From Bacteroidota bacterium (GTDB taxonomy: Bacteria > Bacteroidota > Bacteroidia > NS11-12g > UBA955), in contig JAZKEQ010000030.1 in the NCBI GenBank assembly GCA_040386935.1, positions 600 to 64,599 on the forward strand: a DNA stretch of 64,000 bases. Direction: 5' to 3'. The position numbers and the translations under genes were made by a program. Under the pieces are notes generated by a model. That model had not been told where the DNA came from and searched no databases. It worked only from the letters and a program-made list of their open reading frames with translations. Positions 48,440 through 56,794 of this stretch are shown here, one piece after another; positions within the stretch are counted from its first letter, which is position 1, and every line of letters starts with the position of its first letter.

Positions 48440-49204
48440 ATGAATCAGCAAAAAATAGCCCTCATTACAGGTGCTACTTCCGGAATAGGAAGAGCCTGTG
48501 CGGAATTACTCGCCAAAAACGATTATAATTTGATATTGGTCGGCCGAAGAACAGAAAGGTTGCACGCAGAAAAGGATTTCCTCGAAAAAAATAATTCCAT
48601 TAAAGTACATGTAATTACTTTGGATGTAAGAGACCGCGCAGCAGTTGAACAGGCTTTTGCATCAATACCGGCAGAGTGGCAAGCCATTGATGTGTTGATC
48701 AACAATGCCGGATTGGCCATGGGTTTATCATCAGTTGAAAACGGCAATGTCGACCATTGGGATACCATGATTGATACCAATTTAAAAGGCTTATTGTACG
48801 TTACTAAAAATATATTGCCCTACATGATAGCGCGTAATGCCGGTCATATTGTGAATGTAGGCAGCATAGCGGGCAAGGAAGTGTATGCCAATGGCAATGT
48901 GTATTGTGCCACTAAGCACGCTGTAGATGCATTGAACCGCAGCATGCGCCTTGACTTAAGTAAATATCCCATCAAAGTTTCGGCCATTCATCCCGGAGCA
49001 GTAGAAACGGAATTTTCTATTGTGCGTTTTGAAGGCGATGAGGCAAGAGCGAAAGTGGTATACGAAGGATTTGAAAATCTAGTGGCCAATGATGTAGCAG
49101 AAGGGGTGTGGTTCATGCTCAACCGTCCACCACATGTTAACATCAATGAAATGACGATTATGCCGACTGCCCAGCCTATGGCAGGAGTGATTAATAGGAA
49201 GTAA
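48440..49204 (+). CDS. SDR-family NAD(P)-dependent oxidoreductase
   Basis: It has TGATSGIG, NNAG and YCATK motifs. Confidence 0.9.
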   Translation: MNQQKIALITGATSGIGRACAELLAKNDYNLILVGRRTERLHAEKDFLEKNNSIKVHVITLDVRDRAAVEQAFASIPAEWQAIDVLINNAGLAMGLSSVENGNVDHWDTMIDTNLKGLLYVTKNILPYMIARNAGHIVNVGSIAGKEVYANGNVYCATKHAVDALNRSMRLDLSKYPIKVSAIHPGAVETEFSIVRFEGDEARAKVVYEGFENLVANDVAEGVWFMLNRPPHVNINEMTIMPTAQPMAGVINRK

Positions 49205-49236
49205 ATATTTTAGATTTTTTATTTTTGTTTTTCTTA

Positions 49237-49285
49237 TAGTCCCGACCCTTCGGGATGATTTTTTGATGGTCTCGACTCTTCGGGA
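49237..49285. repeat. two REP-like hairpins (AGTCCCGACCCTTCGGGAT type)
   Basis: At 49237-49255, TCCCGA-CCCT-TCGGGA forms a 6-bp stem. A second copy at 49267-49285 has one stem mismatch. Confidence 0.8.
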
Positions 49286-49288
49286 TGA

Positions 49289-49560
49289 TGGTTATTAGGT
49301 TATTGAGTTAATGGTTACTTATAGCAACTCCGATACTTAGGAACTAGTTTTTTATCACAGGACTTATATTGTTTTAGTAATACTTTCGTTCAATTTAGTG
49401 GTATCCTGACTTTCGTCAGGATGACAGGTCCGTCTTATTTGTTGTGCTTAAGAGTTGTGCCAATACGTTCCTTAACCAAATGAAAACATTAATCAACCTC
49501 TACAAAAAAAACTGACAGTTAAATTATCTAATCATCAAATCACCAAATCATCAAATTCCT
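49289..49560 (+). repeat. MITE-like composite element, copy C (R1 core 49343-49512 flanked by 8-bp periodic tracts)
   Basis: The tract GGTTATTA/GGTTATTG/AGTTAATG/GTTACTTA lies at 49289-49320. The core contains the hairpin ATCCTGAC-TTTC-GTCAGGAT. The tract AATCATCA/AATCACCA/AATCATCA lies at about 49529-49556. Confidence 0.8.
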
Positions 49561-49814
49561 ATTCCCTTATTCCCAACCCCTTTCCCCAAAATTAAATTAT
49601 TATTTTTTATCAGTAGGCTTTAATATATTTGTTTTTGAAACTTTCGGTATTGCATATAGTGAAAAAAAATGGGAGGACTCAAGCAATTTTGTTTGTGCTG
49701 TTTTTTCTTTGTTTGATTTCTTGTACAAGGAGATTTAAAAAAATGTAGAATGCTTATAATACAACAAAAAAAGCTGAACAGCTTAAAAATCAAACTATAA
49801 ATACAAATTAAAAA

Positions 49815-50330
49815 ATGAATAAATTGTTTATTATTATCTTATTTTTATTTGGGTGTGATTATAGAGTTGGAAATAGAATTAAATTAATAAATTTAGGAAT
49901 TAGATCAAATATTGAAACATCCTTAGTTTTTCAGTACTTGGATTCTGCTGAAGAAATTAAAGAGAAATATGGGTTGCCCAAAAAATACCAATTTCTTAAA
50001 GATGATTCGGATATTAAATACTATTCAGATCAGATAAAATTAGTTTATTTTTCAGAAACACCTCAAGAAGTTTACAAAATAGAATTAAATGGTTATACAA
50101 TGCTACTTGATGTTTTTAATTCAACAATTGACAGTAGTTGGTTTCTTATGAAGCGTGAAAAATTAAACGATGCAGATTATGATAGAATTGAAAGAAGAAT
50201 TGATAGTTTTTATAGAGATATAATTAGGTTAGCTAAAAAGAATGAAGTAGATGATACAAATATTTTCAGTTGGAATGCAGCTAAACCGTATCATTTGCAT
50301 TTAATGAGGCCAAATGAAAAAATTAAATAA
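49815..50330 (+). CDS. small lipoprotein, function unknown
   Basis: It has the lipobox LFLFGC and is very AT-rich. Confidence 0.45.
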   Translation: MNKLFIIILFLFGCDYRVGNRIKLINLGIRSNIETSLVFQYLDSAEEIKEKYGLPKKYQFLKDDSDIKYYSDQIKLVYFSETPQEVYKIELNGYTMLLDVFNSTIDSSWFLMKREKLNDADYDRIERRIDSFYRDIIRLAKKNEVDDTNIFSWNAAKPYHLHLMRPNEKIK

Positions 50331-50384
50331 TAGAATAATTGTGAATATAAATAGGGTTAAATGGTTGAATTTAAATTATATAAA

Positions 50385-52880
50385 ATGAAAAATCTATTAA
50401 CTTTATTTCTCCTAATAATTCCTATGAAATCTTTGGATGCACAAACAGTTGTTTCAACTGGGAATGTATCAGGAACGTGGACAAAAACCGGCAGCCCCTA
50501 TAAAGTTACTGGAGAGATAATTGTACAAAAAGGAAGTACACTAACAATCGAACCTGGTGCTGTAGTAGAGTTTCAAGGGGCCTATAGCCTAACAGTAGAT
50601 GGGCAGTTAAAAGCAATTGGCAAAAAGAATGATAGCATTACTTTTAAAGCAAGCCAAAGCATAATTTGGACAGGTATACTTTTTATAAGAAATACACAAA
50701 CAGATACTATTCGCTTTAATTATTGCAGATTTGAAAATGTAGGGCAGCAATGGAAAAGCTATAAAAACACTTTCCCTTATCTATGGCAAAAGAATAATGT
50801 AATGGTGAGTAAGGCTTTATTCTGTGTTTATTCTTCCCCTTTAGTTATTAAAAATTGCAGTTTCTATTTTAATCGACCCAGACTCAATCAAGCTAATCTA
50901 GTGTACGTTTTTGGTAATGTGTTAATTGCGGATAGTTTATACATAACAAGTTCTTCTGATACAATTTCTAGCAGTACTGGCATGATTCAGGTTGATTCAG
51001 CAAAATACTATTCAATAAAAAATATTAAAGCAAATTCCATAAAAGATTTTAATACATTAATTAGGGCTGCAGATTGTAATGGCATAATGAGTAATTTATC
51101 AATTATTGAGAATGTTACAGGAGATAAATGTCTGAAAACTCAATTTGTTGTCATACGCGACTCAGATATTGGAATAGTCAGAAATATTAATCTTTCAAAT
51201 GGTGGCAGGTTTGGCATAATATTGTCAGGAGCTACTAATTATCAAGTGAATAATTGCATTTTCAGAAAAGTATCAAATGCTATAGGGAGTAGTGGAACTT
51301 GTACAGGAAGTATTGTTAGTAATATTTTAATTGAAAAGTGTGGATTGTTTGGTGTCACACAGGCTACTTTTTTTCAAAGTTCTGGGTTACTAATTCGCGA
51401 TTCTAAATTTATTGATAATATCATTGGATTTGCAGTTACTCAGGAATTTGGAAATGGCACACCAATTTTTTTAAATTGCAATTTTCAGGGAAATAATGGA
51501 GCTGGCAGGATTGAGGCTTATCCGGTTTTTATAAATTGTAATTTTCAAGATAATTTTAGTTACAAAACATTACCTGAAGGAAATGGCCCCAATATTCCTT
51601 ATACTTCCGGTATTATAATTACAAGAGAGTTTTATAATTCTCGCCCCTATTTTTATAATTGTCTGTTTTGGGGGAATAAAGATAGTTTCGGACATGGTAA
51701 CAATAATATTATGTATGTAGATAAAATTGTTAAAGGTGATTTTACAAAATGTATTATACAAGGGGATAGTAGCGATGGAATTGTGGGGTATGATGAAAAT
51801 ACTTTTTCAGAGTTTTCTGTTCCTAAAGCCAATCTCACCTATAACAATAGTAACGGTCAAAATCCGGGTTTTATAGATTCAACAACCGGCAATTATCAAC
51901 TCCTCAATACCTGTAATAAAACAGCCTATGCAATCAATAAAGGAATGTCGGGCAATTTACTCATCCAGTATCCCTACAATATCCTCTTGTCTCAGTATGG
52001 AGTCAATATTTACAATACAACAGATTTGCTAGGCAACCCCCGCATAGCTGATGATACCATTGATATTGGTTGTTATGAGAGCATAGGTAATAAGAAAGTA
52101 CTTAAACTTAAAAATACTTATAATGATACGACAGTGTGTTATGGGGCAGGGGCTAATTATAATGTCAAAACAATGGGAGCAGTACAAAGTTACTTATGGC
52201 AACATAAATCAGGTTCAGCAGTCAGTACTGTTGCCTCAGGTTCATCACTCACACTAGTCAATCAGAAAAGCAAAGCCAATCAGTACCGGTTGATGGTTAG
52301 TAATAACGAGTGCTTGCCATTAAAGGATAGTAGCAGATGGTTTACCTTCAATGTCAATAATCCTGTAAAGAAAGGTATTACAAAGAATCCCAATAGAGAC
52401 AGTATCTACCAAAATGAAACGATGCAATTAACTACCAATGCCACAGGATATGCTAGCTTGCTATGGAATACCGGAAGTACAGCTGCAGGTATTAGTTTTT
52501 TAGGGAGCAGTTTGGGAGCCGCAGGTAAGTATAGATTTAGTGTTGAAGGAAGAAAGACAACCGGATGTTTAGAAACGGATACGGTTTACATCATCACTAA
52601 ATCAGGCAATAGCAGTATTCAAACACCTTTTGCAAATTCTCAACTAACGATATATCCTCAACCTGCCACAGATATATTAAATATTTCAGGGTTTGATATA
52701 GAAGGAAAGACTCTTGTCATGCAGATTTACACCCTGGATGGTAAGTTACTCCTCACACAAGGTATCGAAACTAATGAAGTCGAAATAAATACTGCGCATT
52801 TACAACAAGGTATTTATTTAATGACAATTGCAGATCAGAGTACTGGTGAAATGATTGTAGTGAAATGGGTAAAAGGGTAG
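50385..52880 (+). CDS. secreted beta-helix-like protein with a T9SS C-terminal sorting domain
   Basis: It has the signal peptide MKNLLTLFLLIIPMKSLDAQ and repetitive N/G/I-rich segments. The C-terminal LTIYPQPATDILNI...GIYLMTI...VKWVKG is typical of a type A sorting domain. Confidence 0.75.
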   Translation: MKNLLTLFLLIIPMKSLDAQTVVSTGNVSGTWTKTGSPYKVTGEIIVQKGSTLTIEPGAVVEFQGAYSLTVDGQLKAIGKKNDSITFKASQSIIWTGILFIRNTQTDTIRFNYCRFENVGQQWKSYKNTFPYLWQKNNVMVSKALFCVYSSPLVIKNCSFYFNRPRLNQANLVYVFGNVLIADSLYITSSSDTISSSTGMIQVDSAKYYSIKNIKANSIKDFNTLIRAADCNGIMSNLSIIENVTGDKCLKTQFVVIRDSDIGIVRNINLSNGGRFGIILSGATNYQVNNCIFRKVSNAIGSSGTCTGSIVSNILIEKCGLFGVTQATFFQSSGLLIRDSKFIDNIIGFAVTQEFGNGTPIFLNCNFQGNNGAGRIEAYPVFINCNFQDNFSYKTLPEGNGPNIPYTSGIIITREFYNSRPYFYNCLFWGNKDSFGHGNNNIMYVDKIVKGDFTKCIIQGDSSDGIVGYDENTFSEFSVPKANLTYNNSNGQNPGFIDSTTGNYQLLNTCNKTAYAINKGMSGNLLIQYPYNILLSQYGVNIYNTTDLLGNPRIADDTIDIGCYESIGNKKVLKLKNTYNDTTVCYGAGANYNVKTMGAVQSYLWQHKSGSAVSTVASGSSLTLVNQKSKANQYRLMVSNNECLPLKDSSRWFTFNVNNPVKKGITKNPNRDSIYQNETMQLTTNATGYASLLWNTGSTAAGISFLGSSLGAAGKYRFSVEGRKTTGCLETDTVYIITKSGNSSIQTPFANSQLTIYPQPATDILNISGFDIEGKTLVMQIYTLDGKLLLTQGIETNEVEINTAHLQQGIYLMTIADQSTGEMIVVKWVKG

Positions 52881-52947
52881 TGGAGGTCTTGTTTATATTC
52901 AAGAGAATTCTTTTTCACTAATCCCTAAAATTGAGCACCGCAAATCA

Positions 52948-52966
52948 ATCCCAAAGGGTCGGGACT
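52948..52966. repeat. REP-like hairpin copy (opposite orientation)
   Basis: ATCCCAAAGGGTCGGGACT is the reverse complement of the AGTCCCGACCCTTTGGGAT type. Confidence 0.75.
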
Positions 52967-52994
52967 AAAATCCAAAATCTTAAAATCCCAAAAT

Positions 52995-53022
52995 CAAAAA
53001 TAAAAAGGGCCCTTTCGGGCCC
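52995..53022 (-). terminator. Rho-independent terminator for the minus-strand metal locus
   Basis: GGGCCC-TTTC-GGGCCC lies at 53007-53022. The minus strand reads GGGCCCGAAAGGGCCC followed by TTTTTATTTTT. Confidence 0.6.
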
Positions 53023-53091
53023 CCTTCCAGGATCTTCATATTTCGCTGTATGTTGGTCCTTTGGAAGTATCTTTATAATGTCTGTTTTCTA

Positions 53092-53110
53092 ATCCCGAAT
53101 GGTCGGGACT
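53092..53110. repeat. REP-like hairpin copy
   Basis: ATCCCGAATGGTCGGGACT has stems TCCCGA and TCGGGA. It is followed by the period-8 tract TAACCCAA/TAACCAAT/AACCTAAT at 53116-53147. Confidence 0.75.
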
Positions 53111-53141
53111 TGCAGTAACCCAATAACCAATAACCTAATAA

Positions 53142-54200
53142 CTATTCCCTAAACTTAGGATTATTCACAAATTCAAAATCGGTTAATGTATTAAGGAAAG
53201 CAATAATGTCCTGCACATCCATTGGATTCATGCGACCTTTTTGAGAGTTACCCAAATTAGGGTCGATGTTTTCAGCGTATTTAAAACCAATGTTGTAGTG
53301 CTGTATGCATTCTTCCAGTGTTTTAAATCTGCCATCGTGCATGTAGGGTGCTGTTAAGGCAATGTTGCGCAATGATGGAGTTTTAAATTTACCATCGTCA
53401 TTGTTGTTAAGTGTAATTAAACTGCGACCCTTGTCAACAGGAATACTGTCGAGGCCGGTGTTGCGGTATTCAAAATCGCTGAAGGTGCTGCCAATGACAT
53501 GGCAATGCCCACAGTCGCCTTTATTGATGTCAGTATACCATTGCAAACCTCTTTGTTCCTGAGGAGTAAAACTTGCTAATCCTTGTTTCACGCGATCGTA
53601 TTTGCTGTTGCCTGAAATTAAAGTGCGTTCGAATTGTGCAATGGCTTTCATCACCATTGGTGTTGTAATTTTATCGCCACCAAATACTTTCTTGAACAAT
53701 GCAGGATAATCTGCGTGTGCATTCAATTCACTCAGGGCATTTGTCAAACTCTCGTGCATTTCTACCGGATTTTGTATGGGTCCAATTACTTGTGATTCAA
53801 GATTAGCCGCACCACCATCCCAAAAGAATTGTTTCTGATAACCCAGATTTACAATCGGCATAGCATTGCGTGTGCCGGGCAGTTTATCGATGCCTATACT
53901 GAATTGAATGGTGCTGTCTGAAAACGAAAAGTTAGCTTTATGACATGAGCCACATGATTGCGTATTGTCGCCTGATAAAATAGGGTCATAAAACAATTGT
54001 TTACCCAATGCCACACCCTCAACAGTCATAGGATTGTCGGCAGGTATTACCATTGGTGGCAAGCCCGGAGGTATTACCAGTTCATAAGGTGTCAGTCCTT
54101 CTTCTGTTTTCAGGTCGTTGTCTTTCGCACAGCCAATAAAAATTATAATGGCACTTATGCATGCCATGATATACAATAATAACTGCTTCATATCTGACAA
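53142..54200 (-). CDS. di-heme cytochrome c peroxidase family protein (MbnH/MauG-like)
   Basis: It has two CxxCH motifs (CGSCH, CGHCH) and a signal/lipoprotein N-terminus. It lies 3 nt downstream of the MbnP-like gene. Confidence 0.85.
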   Translation of the reverse strand: MSDMKQLLLYIMACISAIIIFIGCAKDNDLKTEEGLTPYELVIPPGLPPMVIPADNPMTVEGVALGKQLFYDPILSGDNTQSCGSCHKANFSFSDSTIQFSIGIDKLPGTRNAMPIVNLGYQKQFFWDGGAANLESQVIGPIQNPVEMHESLTNALSELNAHADYPALFKKVFGGDKITTPMVMKAIAQFERTLISGNSKYDRVKQGLASFTPQEQRGLQWYTDINKGDCGHCHVIGSTFSDFEYRNTGLDSIPVDKGRSLITLNNNDDGKFKTPSLRNIALTAPYMHDGRFKTLEECIQHYNIGFKYAENIDPNLGNSQKGRMNPMDVQDIIAFLNTLTDFEFVNNPKFRE

Positions 54201-54203
54201 GTA

Positions 54204-54971
54204 TTACTGGATTTTGTCAAATATAAAAGCATCAGAAAAACTCAGCTTCAAATTGTCAATCCATGCAAAATCAGCACTGCTGCTCGACTGGCGGTTGTTG
54301 TCTACATTAAAATCAACATTAGTAGGCGTAGTGTATAAATTATTGAGGTTGAATTTTAAATGCAATTGTTTGGCAACGCCTTCAACTTTCAGTGAAGTAG
54401 TTAATGGTAACTCAACATCAGTTAGGGCTCTGTCAGTTGCAAAGTGAAAAGTCATTGATTTGGTAACACCTGAAGTATTTTTGTATTTGCCTTCGTGTTT
54501 GAAGAATACATAACCGGTGTTCCAGTCCCATATCATGCCCATTACCGGATCTAAGTCACCGTCTTGCGCACCATTGTGGTTGCGGTCGTAAGGTAAGCCA
54601 ACTTTAAATTTAATTTTTGTATAAGTGCCGTTTGGAACTTTTAACGCATCAACTTTGCAGGTACTGATATCGGCTGCGTTGATTAAATCGTAGTTGTCGA
54701 GTTTCAATTCTGTGTTGTCGTCTTTTACCAGTATCACATTGGTGATGTAGTATTTCAATAGGTCAACCTGATAGTTGTTGCCGGCAGCATTGGTGTATTG
54801 CATTTTGCCCAATTCAAGTGGCATGCCATCTACTTGATTGTTAAAAAGAATGCTAACATCAGCAGATGTTTCTGTATTGGTTGTAGCCGGTGGTGTTACT
54901 TCTTTGTCTTTGCAGGCAACAAGCATTACCATGGCAGTAAATGCCATTAAAGTTTGTTTGATTATTTTCAT
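54204..54971 (-). CDS. MbnP-family periplasmic protein (putative copper-binding partner of MbnH)
   Basis: It has the lipobox LVAC. FNNQVDGMPLELGKMQYTNAAGNNYQVDLLKYYITNVIL and MIWDWNTGYVFFKHEG match my recollection of the MbnP family. It pairs with a di-heme peroxidase. Confidence 0.7.
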   Translation of the reverse strand: MKIIKQTLMAFTAMVMLVACKDKEVTPPATTNTETSADVSILFNNQVDGMPLELGKMQYTNAAGNNYQVDLLKYYITNVILVKDDNTELKLDNYDLINAADISTCKVDALKVPNGTYTKIKFKVGLPYDRNHNGAQDGDLDPVMGMIWDWNTGYVFFKHEGKYKNTSGVTKSMTFHFATDRALTDVELPLTTSLKVEGVAKQLHLKFNLNNLYTTPTNVDFNVDNNRQSSSSADFAWIDNLKLSFSDAFIFDKIQ

Positions 54972-54992
54972 TTAATATATTGTAAAGGGTGT

Positions 54993-55037
54993 AAATAAAA
55001 AGTACGGATTCCCCACATTTATGAGGAGAATCCGTAC
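54993..55037 (-). terminator. Rho-independent terminator directly after the Cys-rich mini-protein gene
   Basis: GTACGGATTC (55002-55011) and GAATCCGTAC (55028-55037) form a perfect 10-bp inverted repeat. The minus strand continues TTTTTATTT. Confidence 0.6.
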
Positions 55038-55051
55038 AATTGTAAGATTAA

Positions 55052-55246
55052 TTATTTGCAGCAAGTGCAACCGCAATCGCAATTGTCGCCTGAGCAAGAA
55101 TTGTCGCAAGTACAAGCAGTTTCACATTTGTCAGTGCCGCAGCATGAGCCGTTGCATTTTGAAGATGAAGAACTGTTGATAGCGTAAAGTGCACCTGAAG
55201 TAGCAAGGACGGCTATAGAAGCCAATAAAATTATTTTCTTTTTCAT
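55052..55246 (-). CDS. secreted Cys-rich mini-protein (64 aa; 12 Cys in the last 35 residues)
   Basis: I start it at MKKKIILLASIAVLATSGALYA (ATG at 55246). The mature part is INSSSSSKCNGSCCGTDKCETACTCDNSCSGDNCDCGCTCCK. The longer track ORF adds a non-signal leader. Confidence 0.6.
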   Translation of the reverse strand: MKKKIILLASIAVLATSGALYAINSSSSSKCNGSCCGTDKCETACTCDNSCSGDNCDCGCTCCK

Positions 55247-55375
55247 GATATTTTTTGTTGTTAAAATTTGATTTTTGTGTTCAACATTTGAGCCTGTTGA
55301 GGGGCGTGTGTTTTCATAGTTCCGTTCACGGAATGAATTCATAAATAAATGGAATCACTTATTTACTACACGAAA

Positions 55376-55777
55376 TCAAATTTGCAGGACGCGTTTCTTC
55401 AACAAAATGGGGACGGGAAGCTCCCTCTGGTCGAAAGTATTGAAAGCCAAAACATCATCAACAGAATAGTTGAAAACGCTAGGCTGAATGAGATCGAATT
55501 TAATAGGTGCTTTTACTTGTTGTTTAGCAGAAAAAGCAATTGTTTTTTGTAAACCCAAAATAGGGTTAATCACTGTGCTAATAGATGAGGTATGGCAGCA
55601 TGAAGATTTATTTGGAATCTTTACACAGGCGCAGCACTCATCACTTACCTGAACACCGTTGTCTTTTAAACTAAGGCCTACACCTGAAAATACATCGCAG
55701 CACGTAGATACTTCTATCTTAATTCCGCTACCTGTGAGCAGAAAAATAACAGATAATATAATGGCTTTGATTTTCAT
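55376..55777 (-). CDS. secreted or membrane-anchored protein with three Cys-Cys motifs
   Basis: It has a signal/anchor segment and then STCCDVF, DECCACV and SSCCHT. It lies 16 nt downstream of the CDF gene. Confidence 0.55.
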   Translation of the reverse strand: MKIKAIILSVIFLLTGSGIKIEVSTCCDVFSGVGLSLKDNGVQVSDECCACVKIPNKSSCCHTSSISTVINPILGLQKTIAFSAKQQVKAPIKFDLIQPSVFNYSVDDVLAFNTFDQRELPVPILLKKRVLQI

Positions 55778-55793
55778 GGCACCAAATACAAAG

Positions 55794-56747
55794 TTAGTGA
55801 TTTTCTTCTGATTTGCAATTTTTGAACTCCATTTCTAATGTAGCATGATGAATATTAAGGGCATATAAATATTTCTTGAGCCTATCCTTTACTGCATCTG
55901 ATTGTTCTGAATTCATATTGTCTTTCATTAGTACATGGGCTGTTAATGCATTGCTGTTGCTGCTGATGGGCCATATATGGATGTGGTGAATGTCCACAAT
56001 ATTATCATCAATGGATTGTAATGCTTTGATATCTTTCATACTGATGTTTTCAGGCACCCCATCGAGGAACAAGCGCAATGTTGATTTTAAAAATCGCCAG
56101 GTGGACAGTAATAGAAATGCCATTACTAATAAGCTCACCAATGGGTCGAGCCAGTACATGCCGGTGTAATGCATGGCAATACCGGCCACAACAACACCTG
56201 CAGATATCAATGCATCGGCCAGTAAATGCAAATAAGCGCCTCTTACATTCACATCGTTTTTATTTTCTCTCATGAATAACCAGGCACTGAAACCATTGAT
56301 GAGTATCCCAATAAATGCGACCTTCGATACAGTAAATCCTTCGACAGCATGTGGATCCATTAAGCGAGTAATGGCAGAATAGCCAATACCGCCAACAGCG
56401 ATTGAAAGAATGATGGCATTCACCATGCCGGCCAGCACTGTGGCTTTGCTGAATCCGTAAGTAAAACGTTCGGTCGGTTTTACTTCTGCCAGTTTAAAAG
56501 CCAGCACAGATATCAGTAAACCTCCTACATCGCTGAGATTATGACCTGCATCAGATAGCAAGGCCAATGAATCAGTCATTAAACCCGCAACAGTTTCTAC
56601 AATTACAAAGCCGGCATTAAGTACAATACCTATAATAAAGGCACGGGTAATATTTTTTGATTGCAGTTGCCCATGACCGTGATGGTGGTGATGATCATGA
56701 GAATGATGATGGTCGTGCGAATGTTCGTGAATCATTACTTCAAACAT
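55794..56747 (-). CDS. cation diffusion facilitator (CzcD/ZitB-like) with a His-rich N-terminus
   Basis: It has HEHSHDHHHSHDHHHHHGHG, six TM helices, SDAGHNLSD and HLLADA motifs, and a C-terminal cytoplasmic domain. Confidence 0.9.
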   Translation of the reverse strand: MFEVMIHEHSHDHHHSHDHHHHHGHGQLQSKNITRAFIIGIVLNAGFVIVETVAGLMTDSLALLSDAGHNLSDVGGLLISVLAFKLAEVKPTERFTYGFSKATVLAGMVNAIILSIAVGGIGYSAITRLMDPHAVEGFTVSKVAFIGILINGFSAWLFMRENKNDVNVRGAYLHLLADALISAGVVVAGIAMHYTGMYWLDPLVSLLVMAFLLLSTWRFLKSTLRLFLDGVPENISMKDIKALQSIDDNIVDIHHIHIWPISSNSNALTAHVLMKDNMNSEQSDAVKDRLKKYLYALNIHHATLEMEFKNCKSEENH

Positions 56748-56794
56748 ACATTATTTTTTTTCAACTAAATTTGCATTCAATTGTTCTATAAGAA

